From NCBI RefSeq assembly GCF_009914755.1, contig NC_060929.1: DNA of 64,000 bases, one strand, 5' to 3'. The notes beneath the pieces are model-generated. The model was given only the letters and a program-made list of their open reading frames with translations. It did not search any database and was not told the origin of the DNA. The stretch is from the human T2T-CHM13v2.0 reference genome, Homo sapiens. A program made the position numbers and the translations under genes. Every line of letters begins with the position of its first letter. The stretch's first letter is position 1. Below are positions 26,205 through 49,989 of this stretch, one piece after another.

Positions 26205-28446
26205 GGCCTTGCCTCCATGTTGATGGGTGCTGATGGATCAGGGTGCTGGTTGCTGAAGGTTAGGGTAGCTGTGGCAATTTCTTAAAATAGGACAACAATG
26301 AAGTTTGCTTAATCAATTGACTTTTCCTTTCACAAAAAAATTTCTACTGTAGCATGTAATGCTATTTGATAGCATTTTACCTACAGTAGAACTTCTTTCA
26401 AAATTGGAGACAGTCCTTTCAAACTCTGCCACTGCTTTATCAGCTAAGTTTATGGAAGATTCCAAGCCCTTTGTTGTCATTTCAATGATGTTCACAGCAT
26501 CTTCACCTGGAGTAGCTTCCATCTCAAGAAACCAGTTTCTTGGCTCATCGTAAGAAGAAACTCCTCATCTATTCAAGTTTTATCATGAGATTGCAGCAAT
26601 TCAGTCACATCTTCAGGCTGCTTCTAATTCTAGTTCTCTTATGATTTCTACCACATCTGCAGTTACTTTTTCCACTAAAGTTTTGAATTACTAAAAGTCA
26701 TCCATGGAGGGTTGGAATCAACTACTTTTAAACTCCTGTTTATGTTGACAATTTGACCTCCTCCTATGAATCACAAATATTCTTAATGGCATCTAGAATT
26801 GTGAATCCTTTCCAGATGGTTTTAGATTTACTTTGCCTAGATCTATCAGAGGAATCACTATCTATGGCAGCTATAGCCTTGTGAAATACATTTCTTAAAT
26901 AAGATGTGAAAGTAAAAATGACTCTTTGGTCCATGGGCTGCAGAATGGATGTTTCGTTAGCAGGTATGAAAACATTTATCTCCTTGTACATCTCCATCAG
27001 AGCTCTTGGGTGATCAGGTGCATTATCAATGAGCAGTAATATTTTGAAGAAATCTTTTATTTTCTGAGCAATAGTTCTCAATAGTGAGCTTAAAAGAGTC
27101 AGTAAACCATTCTGTAAAGAGATGTGCTATTATCTAACTTCTGTTGTTCTGTTTAGGATACTTTTGTTTTTTTTAAAGATGGAGTCTTGCTCTGTCACCC
27201 AGACTGGAGTGCAGTGGCATGATCATAGCTCACTGCAGCCTCAAATTCCTGGCTCAAGTCATCCTCCTGCCTCTGCCTCCTGAGTAGCTGGGACTACAGT
27301 GTCATAATTCTTAAGGGCCTTAGGATTTTCAGAATGGTAAATAAGCATTGGCTTCAACTTAAAGTCACCAGCTGCAATAGCCTCTCACAAGAGAGTCAGC
27401 CTGTCTTTGAAACCAGTCATTGACCTTTCCTCTCTAGCTATGAAAGTCCTAGATGACATCTTCTTCCAACAGAAGGCTGTTTCATCTGCATTGAAAAGCT
27501 GTTGTTTAGTGTAGCCACCTTCACCAATTATCTTAGCTAGATCATATGGATAACTTGCTGCAGCTTCTTCATTAGCATTTGCTGCTTCACCTTGCATTTT
27601 TATGCTATAGAGATGGCTTCTTTTCTTAAACCTCATAAACCACCCTCTCCTAGCTTCTGGCTTTTCTTCTGCAGCTTCCTCAACTCTCTTGGCCTTCACA
27701 GAATTGAAGAGAGTTAGGGCCTTGCTCTGGATTAGGCTCTGGCTTAAGGAAATGTTGTGATTGGTTTGATCTATCCAGACTACTCAAATTTTCTCCATAT
27801 CAGCAATTAGGCTGTTTTATTTTCTTATTCATGTATTCTCTGGAGTAGCACTTTTAATTTCATTCAAGAACTTTTCCTTTGCATCCACCACTTGGCTGTT
27901 TGGGACAAGAGGCCTAGCTTTCAGCCTGTCTCAGCTTTCAACATGCCTTCCTCATTAAGCTTAATTATTTCTAGCTTTTGATTTAAAGTGAGAGATGTAT
28001 GGCTCTTCCTTTCATTTGAACACTTAAAGGCTATTGTAGGGTTATTAATTGGCCTAATTTCAATATTGTGAAATTGTGTCTCGGGGAATAAAAAGGCTCA
28101 AGGAGAGGGAAAGAGACGGGGAACAACCAGTCAGTGGAGCAGCCAGAACACACAGAACATTTATCTATTAAATTCTCTATCTTCTGTGGGCACAGTTTGG
28201 GTGCCCCTGAATAATTACAATAGTAACATCAAAAATCACTGATCACAGATAATCATAACAGATATAATAATAATGAAAGGTTTGAAATATTGTAAGAATC
28301 GCCAAAATGTGACAGAGAGATACTAAGTGAGTACATGTTTTTGGATTAATGGTACCAACAGGCTTGCTCAATGCAGGGTTGCCACAAACCTCCAATTAAG
28401 AAAAAAAAAGCAACATCTGCAAAGCACAATGAAATGAGGTATGCTG
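26205..28446 (-). mobile_element. Tigger1 (pogo/Tc1-mariner) DNA transposon with disrupted transposase; 3' end missing
   Basis: Minus-strand peptides [15 protein letters not shown]...[15 protein letters not shown] (27385-27699) and [26 protein letters not shown] (26764-27081); TIR-like end 'gaaatgaggtatgctg' at 28431-28446. Confidence 0.92.
27162..27299 (-). mobile_element. Partial AluJ/FRAM right arm inside Tigger1
   Basis: 'gatggagtcttgctctgtcacccag...gatcatagctcactgcagcctcaaattcctgg...ggactaca'; no TSD found. Confidence 0.85.
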
Positions 28447-30482
28447 GTTCATGTAGATTCCTACATGTGAGCACATGTCTACACACACATAAGGCCATAG
28501 AAAAGGGAAATGCACCAAAATTTTAACTCCTTATTTTTGGGTAGTGAGTTAACTTCTGAACTCTTTAAACTAGCTAATTATTATTTTTATAACTGGAAGA
28601 AACATAATATAAAAATAATTTCCCACTTGTTTAAAAAATTGTTTTTCATGGTTTTGAAAACTAGTCATTTTATTTCCTATCCTGCCTAACTTATAGATTG
28701 ATATATAGGTAAATATGTCATAGATATTAAAGTTCTTTTCACATGGAATGAAAACAAACCATAGATATGGACTTTTTATTAAGAGCTTCCTTTTCTGTTT
28801 ATGCTTCCATGCTTTTCCTACAAGCCACTTCTAAATATGAAATGGATGATAGTTTATGTACTTTTCAAAATTATCAAATTGACAATGAAATGGTTCTTTC
28901 TACCATCTTTGAGCTCTGTGAACAAACGCCTCACCTTTTTGAGCCAGAAGCCTGTTACTGCAGTAAATCTGCCTTTAACCACCCTGTTAGAGTTCCAAGT
29001 GGAAAGTACACCTCTTGGTTTCTATGCTCAGCTCTATAATTCATGCTGAGTAACATCTTCACCTTGACACACTCCATTTCTTTTCTGGAAGCTGAGGGTG
29101 ATGAAAATCCACATATGGAGGATAACTGAGTGGCCAAGGGTAAAACTTTATGTAAAAGAAAACCCTTGGATACAATCCTGAATTTCTGCCATCCCACTCA
29201 CCCATCCATCTGAAATTGTTTCTGTTATTGAATCCAAGAATTCATGCAGTCCAAACACATTAAACTTAACATTTTTCTTGTTATGGAAATCGGAATGCAG
29301 GATTTATCAAATCCTTCTTTGGAATGCTGGCCCTTTACAGCTAACAAGCTAAGATAGACAGTTTGTCTGCCTTCTTGGATGATAAATCGTAAATACTCAA
29401 GACCCAGTATTTTAGACACCTGTGCTTCAAGTATTACAAGGCATTTTGAGAGATCACCTGGCCCATCTTTCTCCTCCTTCCCCATCGAAATCCTCTTTGT
29501 CATAATCTGATAGCAAAGATAATTTACTCTTGGAAGAAAAAAAGTACAAAGAGGGACTATTTTCTAACTGGGTGTGAGTTGGGAATATCCTTCTGTTTGT
29601 TTTGGTAATTTAATTTCCAAAATATGCACAGTTCTCCTTCAGTATGCAGACATTGAATAAAGGCCCATTTTCCACCTGAGTTAACATGCCCCTGCAGGTC
29701 AGTTTCTTACTCTGAGCAGTGACAGAGAGGGTCCCCCCTGGATTGCTTTGCTTTCAAATGCGAACCTGGCATATTGAAGATCTTGGTTACCTGTTGCTTA
29801 TGTGCAGATCTGGCATATGCTCTCCTGTTTCCTAGTGATAAAAAGATGAAGCTACAGACTTCAAACTGTACTTCGTGATGCCGTGGGATCTGAGTTGCCA
29901 TATGTAAAGAGACAGAGCCTGGGGAATTGTGAGAGGAAGTTTCTCTAGTCTTATCCTCAGTCAGCTGGAAGATGATCAACTTACATATGCCCTGCGCTAG
30001 TAAAGAAGCAGACTTCCAAGCGTCAGAAGCTCTGTTTCCTATGCCATGGCTATCTGCTAAGAGATCTCCCATTGCAAATCATGGTCCAGCATCCAGCAAG
30101 TGTGGTGTGATGGGCACAGGGGAAATTTCGATCATGTTAAGATGGCATTATGAATAAGGAATCTGAGAATGCATGAATTCTGTTTTGTCAATCACCACTT
30201 TCACTGCAGGGTTACTGAAGGGACCTCACATACCAGAGGCAAAGAAAACGGTAATCAAAATTGCCACCACTTAAGCTGGTGCATAGTCACCTCATGAGAG
30301 CTATCCTTATAGATGGATTGGAGCAGTCAGCTCAGGCTCCAGGCATCCCCTAAGCAGGCTTCTGTCTCCCCTAATTTTCAATCTTACCATTACCATCAGC
30401 TTCTGGAGACAGAAATGGCCTGCATACCTGGGTGAGGATGAGAAGAGAAGAGGGGGAGAAAGGTGGTTGAGACTGTTCCTAG

Positions 30483-30652
30483 CACCTTATTCTTCAAAGT
30501 GTGGTCCCTAATACCAGCAATATCAACATCATCTGAAAGTTTCTAAGAAATGCAGAATCTGGGGCCCCACCCGAGACTTGCTGAATCAGAATCTTCATTT
30601 TCCACAAGATCCCCATGTGACTTGTATGCACGTTTGTGTTTGAGAAGCACTG
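30483..30652 (+). mobile_element. MER5-type hAT-Charlie element
   Basis: 'tcttcaaagtgtggtccc...agaaatgcagaatctggggccccacccgagact...gtttgagaagcactg'. Confidence 0.8.
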
Positions 30653-31316
30653 TCCTAGGGGATGGGCTTTAGGTCAACTCACTAGCTCACTGATGTGTCT
30701 TCACTGTGACTTTAACACACAGTGGCTCTGCCCTCCACTCTATCCCAAATTGGAGAATTCAAAATAGTACTCTCTACTGTTGGGAAGAAATGAGAAAGGG
30801 GGCAGGACAAAGATAGCTGAGAGATTCTGCCTACTGCGTATGGAAAATGCCAGTTCTAATGAAATTAAATTGCTTTCTTTATGGCAGGACTCTCTCAGCA
30901 TGGTAATGTGCATTGTGACTTTTGAGAAGACAATATAATATGCAACATTGCCCAGACTTTTAAATTACAGAACCCTGTTTGGCAAGAACATCTATTAACA
31001 ATGAATGTGTCATGGAACACAGCATGGGAAGTGCCAATCTCAGGGGCACCATGGTTCTTGTTGGAACAGATAGATTGACACGCTCCTTCCTCCTCCCAAT
31101 ATGAGATTGAGCAGAACTTCAAATATGTAGTTTTTCCAAGGGTTAAGACAGCAGTAGTGAAATTATATCTTACATGATGGTTAGGAGCTAAAGTTAGCTC
31201 ATGAAGCAAAAATTGTATTTTAGTCAAAAATTTCTTTGAAAAAACTTTTAGATAGTACTGCATTACAGACTCACTCCAGAAGTTCAATACAGCTTGTGTT
31301 ATCTTCAGAATTGGCG

Positions 31317-31341
31317 CTTTCCACTGTTTCTTTAGGTAAGT
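31317..31341 (+). other. Juxtaposed 3'/5' splice-site motif (recursive-splice-site-like)
   Basis: ctttccactgtttctttag|gtaagt: pyrimidine tract plus AG directly followed by a consensus donor. Confidence 0.35.
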
Positions 31342-32599
31342 AACAGATCAAGTATTTGGACACCATCTGGTTTGAAGAGCATGTATCTTTAAACACTAGA
31401 GTTACACACGGCATGATGAGATGCTGATACTTTTAGATGTGGGTGGAAACTAAGACTGACTGAGGAACAGCATACTCATGTCTCCTATCCTGAGCCACTG
31501 AGACTGAATGAACTTAGTGGAATGGTTCATGGAATTATCCATACTACTTAAGTAGTTCTGCCTTTTTTTCCTCTCAGCATATATTATTAATTTACATACA
31601 TTAAATTTGCATATGCTGCAATGCCTCTGTGTTGTATACACAATTTCAGAGAGTGTTTTTGCCCTCTCTGGAAAACTAGATACCTGGATTCAAGGGACTC
31701 ACCAAATGGCCTTTGGTGAATTTAATGTGGTCAACAGTCTCATTCTTAAACTCTTAATAATTTCAGAATTTTAGCAACAGTGATAGTTGCCCTAGATAAC
31801 AGAGACCAATACGTTTATGAATCAGAATGTAAATTTATGTTGAGAAATATAGCCATTGCACAGACTAGAATGCTGGTGTCAGCAGATCACTATAATTTTC
31901 CTATAAGCAGCCAATGTGGGAAGCCAAATTATATTTTCAAAGGCAATTCTAAAATATTCAATGATAAATGAAACTGCATCAAGTGAGCCAGTCATTCCAT
32001 TGGCTTGTATTGTGCAACGAGTGTATGAGTTTTCAGCAGCTGGGGAATTGGTTGGACAAATGATGGACAAATCACTTTTATGTCCAGCTGAATTCACCTT
32101 TCTCCCATACATTCACAAGGAACTGAATTTATGTGAGTTTCCAGGGACAACATAATAGAGTTCAAAGCCCAGCGTTATTAATGTTTTTCCTTTGTGTTTC
32201 CTTCGTATAAAGAGAGGATGACCTTTGCCAACCTACTCAGCTCACTTTGTTAGCCGAGTCTGTGAACAGGGGAAAATTACAGCCTTAGAGCCACTATCTG
32301 ATAGACACACTAAGATTTTTGGATGGTATTTTCTTTTAAAGGGTGTCCTTTGACAGATTGGAGGATCAAGCAGTTCAGTAGGCCCACCAACATAGGTCTC
32401 CTTCTTGCCCTCCCTTTGAAGGAGACACACCACCCCTGTAGATAAAATGATCCTCAGCTATTGAGACAAAGCAAGCCATTTTCCTCTTACTACATCATCC
32501 ACATTTCTTCTTTCCTCTCCCTGGAAGCACAGAGCATTGACCATATAGTTATTTCTTCATATTCTTATTTCCATCAATTGAAGTGAGTGTGGTCTAAGG

Positions 32600-32918
32600 C
32601 AGGGGTTGACAAACTTTTTTTTCTGTAAAGGGACAAGTAGTAACTATTTTTGGCTTTGTGGGCCATACAGTCTTTGTCAGCTCCTCAGTTCTGCCTCTGA
32701 AATTCAAAAGCAACCATAGACAATACATAAATAAATAAGCGAGGCTGTGTTTCAATAAATTCCATTTATAGGCACTAAAATTTGAGTTTCACACAATTTT
32801 TATGTAGTACAAAATATCCATCTTTCAATATGTTTTAATCATTTAAAAATATAAAACCATTCTTAACTCATGAGCTATATAAAAAAACAGGCAGCAGGCT
32901 ATGGTTTGCTGTTCCCTT
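32600..32918 (+). mobile_element. MER58B (hAT-Charlie)
   Basis: 'caggggttgacaaactttt...ctgtaaagg...gtttgctgttccctt'; 8-bp TSD (g/a)tctaagg. Confidence 0.85.
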
Positions 32919-33039
32919 ATCTAAGGAATTGGCTAATTTCCCCACCTATATCACTGTTTTCTCTTGCTTTTGGTTTGGTGACAGGAAATAGTAGGACTCA
33001 TTACTTGCTTCATGTTTTGAACATTGTATAGGGAGGTAG

Positions 33040-33295
33040 GATCACTTAGCAGTTGTAAGCATGGGCTTTGTAATTAGATACAACTAGGTTCAAATCGTAG
33101 TTTTACGTCTAGTTTTAATCCTTGTATTTTTTTTTTTTTTTTTGCCCCTTTACCATAGGGGCAAATTGCATAAGGTCTCCAAGCACCAGTTTCCTTATCT
33201 ATAAAATACATAATTCCATACCTCATTGGATTAAATGATATAATGTACGTGAAGTATTCAACAGTGTTTACAATTCAGTAGCTATTATTAGTATG
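33040..33295 (+). mobile_element. MIR with an internal poly(T) run
   Basis: 'gtaagcatgggctttg...ctaggttcaaatc...cagtttccttatctataaaat...agctattatt'. Confidence 0.7.
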
Positions 33296-34479
33296 TTGTT
33301 ATTGTTATTAGGGGACCTGTGTTTTCCATTTCTAATTCTCTGTCTCCTTTTATCTGGGGTCAGTCAATCTCTTCTCTGAGTCAGCTTTTAAGTGTGGGGG
33401 GTTTGAAACTCTGGTCATCTTCAGATCTAAAAATGTTTATGACTCTTTCTGCTTGTAATATAACCCCTTGCATTGTAAAGATAATCACTGTTTATGTTCC
33501 AAGAGTAGATCTTGGGTTTTTGGATGGCAGCTCTGTGTTTGTGAGAAATGGGATGAGAGAGACATAGGAGTTTTTATTCTGGTAATTTATGTTTAACAGA
33601 AGCATTGACTCCTTGCTCTTCTTCTTCCTGGGATAGTTGACAGTTAACATGAAACAAAATTCTTTTGGAATCCCAGGGGACAGGTGCCATTATCTGAAGC
33701 AGAACCTGGCACTCACTGAGCCCTATGGTACCTCAACTATGATACCATGATGTTTATGGGACTCAATTTGAAGAACCAAGGTGAAAAAAGACCCACGAAA
33801 TGAAAAAGAGACTCCAAATGCAGATAGCGTATCTTCCCCAGCTAAGTGAACTGTGCCATCCAATTATTTCCAATTACAATTGCATTCCTTTCTTTAATGT
33901 TTGCTATGCTGATATCCAAGTTGCTAATGAAAGAGGCCCCCGCTTTATGATCCCCATTGTTGCGACTTGCTGGGCTTAATTGCTTTGTCTCTATAACAGA
34001 CAGACATTCTGAACAATTAGACAATAATAAGGAAGCAAGATGGGGAAATGGCTTAGATTCTTTCATTTTAATTATGCTGATAGTGCACCCTACAGTTCTG
34101 AATCAATGCTGAAGTGCTATTTTTGATAGCATTCAATAACATCCAACTAGAGCTAATAAATTTATATTTCTAATGCAAAAGAACCCTTTCCTCTATCTCA
34201 ACTGATTATTGCTTTTTGCAGAACAGTAATACTTTCAATGCACATGACATGTTTAACCTTCAGCTTCCTTCACAACAGTCCTATTATTCTATATTCTTCC
34301 GTTTTACATACAGGAAAAATGAAAGGTCTAAGCTGGCTCAAGCTCATGTAGCATCTTGGGAATCTAGCTGCCTAGGTACCTTCCAGAATGCCTCTTAAAA
34401 TTCATGTTTGCCTTTAAAAAATTACTTTTAAAGATGCCAACAATATAAATATGGAGCTCAGATTTCAGTCTGTTCTGAA

Positions 34480-34960
34480 TGTTGAAAAATGCAAGGCCCT
34501 GCACAATCAGGTTCCTGCCTCATCTCTAATCTCCTTGTGTTCCACTCTCCTATTTGCCTACTGTTTCCAGCTATTCTGGTCTTTCAGTCTTGAAAGCTTG
34601 AAAATGCAAGCTCAGTCTTGTCTGACGGTCTTCCTCTGTCTTTGCATGACTGTTTCCTTTACATCCTTCAGTCTCAACTCAAATGCCACCTCCTCATAGA
34701 GGCCACCCCTGATCCTTGCATCTCCTTTGCTCTTCCTCTCACATCCCTCCCCTTTCTGTTACTCTCTTTCATTGAATTTAGCTTGTTTCCTTTACAACAC
34801 AAGTTGTAATTATATATTTACCTTTCTATTTGTTACTCATCTAGGTGCATGAAGGCAAGCATTACATGTATTTTGTTAACCACTGCAAAACCAGGAAATT
34901 ACATAGTACTTGAAAGTAGTAGGTGCTCAATAAATATTTGTTGAATGAATAAGCAAATTA
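34480..34960 (+). mobile_element. L2 3' end
   Basis: 'cagtctcaactcaaatgccacctcctcatagagg...gtaggtgctcaataaatatttgttgaatgaat'. Confidence 0.8.
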
Positions 34961-35369
34961 ATGAAAGATTAGATTCTTTTTCTTTCCTAGTCTGTAATCT
35001 TGGAGCAGCTGTGTCTACTGATATCCTCTCCAACCTTTCAGTTGGATCTCTGTAGACTGACCTTACTCCTAAGGGTGTGGATTACTTGAGGACAGAGATT
35101 TTGGCTTGTAGATCTTTGTATTCTCACTGTCGTACATTGTCTTACACTGTACTTTCTATATGGCTGTGAATAAGTCAATGTTAATGAGAGATGTGAAATA
35201 AAATTCCAAAAAAGGCATGAATTTATCATTTGTGTTTTATGTGTGATGATATTGGTTTGTCAAGAAATTGATGTACTTAAAAATAATGCTGTTTGTCCTA
35301 TGATTAATGACACTTATATGTTTATATATACATTTATCTTATTTTGCTTTTATATAAAATGCAGTCTCA

Positions 35370-40060
<4,691 letters not shown>

Positions 40061-41113
40061 ATCCTGTTTTGTGATGTTCATAGTAATTTTCAAATCTCTA
40101 AATTTTTTTTTAGAATTTTCCCACAACGTCATTTTTATTTTGAGTTCCAGGATACATGTGCAGGTTTGTTACATAAGTAAATGTGTGCCATGGTGATTTG
40201 CTGTACCTATCAACCCATCACCTAGTTACTAAGCCCAGCATGCATTAACTATTTTTCCTGATGCTCTCCCTCCTTCCATCCTACCACCCAAAACAGAGTG
40301 TGTTGTTCCCCTCCCTGTGTCCATGTGTTCTCATTGTTCAGCTCCCACTTATAAGTGAGAACATGCAGTGTTCCGTTTTCTGTTCCTGCATTAGTTTGCT
40401 GAGGATAACGGCTTCCAGCTCCATCGATGTCCAGGCAAAGAACATGATCTTGTTTTTTTTTTATGGCTGCATAGTATTCCATGGTGTATACGTACCACAT
40501 TTTCTTTATCCAGTCTATCATTGATGGGCATTTGGGTTGATTCCATGTCTTTGCTATTGTGAATAGTGCTGCAATGAATGTACACGTGCATGTATCTTTA
40601 AAATAGAATGATTTATATTTTTTGGGGTATATACCCAGTAATGGATTGCTGGGTTAAATGTTATTTCTGGTTCTATGTCTTTGAGGAATCCCTACATTGT
40701 CTTCCACAATGGTTGAACTGATTTACATTTCCACCAACAGTGTAAAAGTGTTCCTATTTCTCCACAGCCTCACCAGCATCTATTGTTTCTTGACTTTTTA
40801 ATACTAGCCATTCTGACAGGCATGAGATGGCATCCCATTGTGGTTTTGATTTGCATTTTTCTAATAACAGTGATGTTGAGCTTTTTTCATATGTTTGTTG
40901 GCCACATAAATGTCTTCTTTTGAGATGTGTCTGTTCATATCCTTTGCCCACTTTTTAATGGATTTTTTTTTTCTTGTAAATTTGTTTAAGTTCTTTGTAG
41001 AGATTCTGGATATTAGGCCTTTGTCAGATAGATAGATTGCAAAAATTTTCTCCCCTTCTGTAGGTTGTCTGTTTGCTCTGATGATAGTTTCTTTCATTGT
41101 GCAGGAGCTCTTT

Positions 41114-43877
<2,764 letters not shown>

Positions 43878-45482
43878 GTGCAGGAGCTCTTTTGTTTAAT
43901 TAGATCTCCTTTGTCAATTTTTGATTTTGTTGCAATTGCTTTCAATATTTTTGTGTTTGATCATGATCTATTATTTCACACCTTATAATATATGCTTGCT
44001 AGTTATTTATTTATTTGTTTGTTTACTTGTGCTTTTGGCCATAGCGGTGTTCAGCAGAAGGCTTGTTTTTATTCTTCTATGCTTTTAAAGGAATAACCCT
44101 TAGTCACAAGTATAACTCCTCCATTTTCCCTGTTGTAGTCATGGGTTTACTCAGAGCCATTCATAACAACCCTATCTCTCAGCCAGCTTTTGGTTGACCC
44201 TGTAGGCTGTAGAATTTTAAACTAAGAGAATTGTAAGTTACTTAGAGACAATTTAGTTCAAACTTTTTAATTTATAGATGAAGAAACTGAGGTTTAGCAT
44301 GATGGTGATGGTGGTGGCGTGAGAGGTGAAGCAACCAATCAAGCAGCTAAATAGTCAAAGAGCTGGACAAGAACTTGGGTCTCCTAAACTCCTTCTGGTG
44401 CAGTCAACCAGTTAAACAGAATAAATGTATTGTGAGCACACTATTGATTTGATTGGTAACTACCTCATAAACACAATATAATAATAATGAACTGAAACGT
44501 ACCAAGAGCCTTTGTTTCAAAATGTGTGAGAGTAATCACAGTGTTGAACCTTCACAGAGAAAAGTAAGCAAGCCAAGTCAACCAAATTTGTTCCATTTGT
44601 TAAAAAAGTAATTTGCAAGGAATTACCAAAATGTTCTTACTTATAAAACTCTTGGAGAAATAAATGTTAAAAGTGTCTAAACATTAAGATGAAGATCTCA
44701 GTGAGGTAAAAGTATGGGTGAGTTTTATTTTATTCTTTTTTTCCTTAGAGTTTTTAAAAAAAATGTTAACAAGAGTATGACATATTTAATATAATAAGAA
44801 AAAAGCTATGAGTTTTCAAAGTTAGGCTGATGGCATTAAAGAACCTGTATGCCAGAGGACAAAACAAGAGGACCATAATATAGGGCCTAATTATATCAAG
44901 GTAATGTATAATATCCATCTTAAATTCCCCAGGAGAGACATATATGATTCCCTGTGTCCCTTAGAAATGAAAACTGATTTTTCTCATGATCTTGTTTGAG
45001 GTGAAAAAGTACCTATTGATTTATGTTTTAAAAGGCATTATATGAACAGAGCTATTCTTGAAGCTGAAGGCTTCTTCATGCCAAAGATACTCAGTTGAGA
45101 TTGGGGAACCTGTCAGAAGTAATCCTTTTAAAACAAAATCATAACATGTTATGGTGATTCCATGCAAATTTTTAAGTTGGTGGAAGTGGTGAGGTTGACT
45201 TGTTTATTTTTCATGTCACTCAGAGAAATGTCAGCTCGGGGTGTTCCTGAGGCTGTGGATTGGGAGGAGCACTGAAGCACTTAGAACTGCATCTGCAATT
45301 TTAGGGCATATGCTGATAACTGCTCTCTGGGATCAATAGTTGAATGCCCTTTAGTGCCGTTTTGATGGAAAAAAATACAAGTTTTTATGATTATTGTCAA
45401 TACACAGTGTTCTTATTGAGTCTGAAAGTATGGAGACTGAGAAGAAGGTAATTTGGGTCATAGATTCAGTTATGGATAATAG

Positions 45483-49105
<3,623 letters not shown>

Positions 49106-49989
49106 ACCTTCCCATAACCCTGACCTTTCCTGGCAGCAAAACTGGACTCTCAAGGCCCCAGCACCACTGCCCAGTGACCATCCTGGAGAAGCCTCCTCAT
49201 TTATCTACAAGGTCATCAAACTCACTTTATCAAAAGCTCTGATAGTGCTAAATAATAACATATTAGATACATCTTAATGCAATATTACAAGCATATCATC
49301 CTTGAGGAAGACATTTTTATTAAGGACAGACTCTCTGCATGCCAGTATCATTAATGGTGATAATGATTATGAAAATAATGATACTAACAATGACATCACA
49401 ACTATTTCTTGATTATCAGCTTGTACTGATCCTACAAAGATATTACTCTTATTTTACAGATAAGAAAAATGAGGCTCAGAACTTGCCCAAGTTCACTCAG
49501 TAAATAAGAGCAGACGTAGGATTTTAACCCACTACATGGATGGGGTTTTAAGTGTGGTTGGAGAACCACAGACATCAGAATTACCTGGTGTTTATTTAAA
49601 ACTTAGATTGATACATACCCCACAGAGACTGGAATTAGAATCTCTCAGAGTGGGGTCCATTTAGCTCCCCTTTAATGTACCTTAAAATTTGGAAAGCAGC
49701 ACATTAAACTACAGTCTTTCCACGAGCTGTCCCAAGTCCACCGGCTCAGCTGGTGGAGTTAATCTCTCTCTGCTCCCCATATCCTTAAAAATGGATTCTA
49801 GATGAGTCTGAAAGGGATCATCTTCCCTCATTTTAGGTACCCCAGAACCCATCTGCATCCCAACTGGTCTGATAAGGATAAGGAACTGAGAAGAATAAAA
49901 CAAACTGAGCAGTTTCACACACACACACAAGTGTGAATATTTATGTATTCATAGCTAAATACCTTTTAAACTTTTTATTATATTTGGTA

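Noticed and set aside
26313-27699. Tigger ORFs as a TIGD-like host gene
   Set aside because: The frame is fragmented, interrupted by an Alu piece, and embedded in a transposon with a TIR-like end.
29040-29330. Faint resemblance of the minus-strand translation (EGFDK...WIQ...VSKG) to CR1/L3 reverse transcriptase
   Set aside because: The diagnostic GVPQGSVLGP and FADD motifs are absent, so it is too weak to call without an HMM search.
31916-32155. 79-aa ORF near the window centre as a small protein
   Set aside because: It has a non-ATG start, no recognisable domain and no convincing upstream acceptor; the length is within chance expectation.
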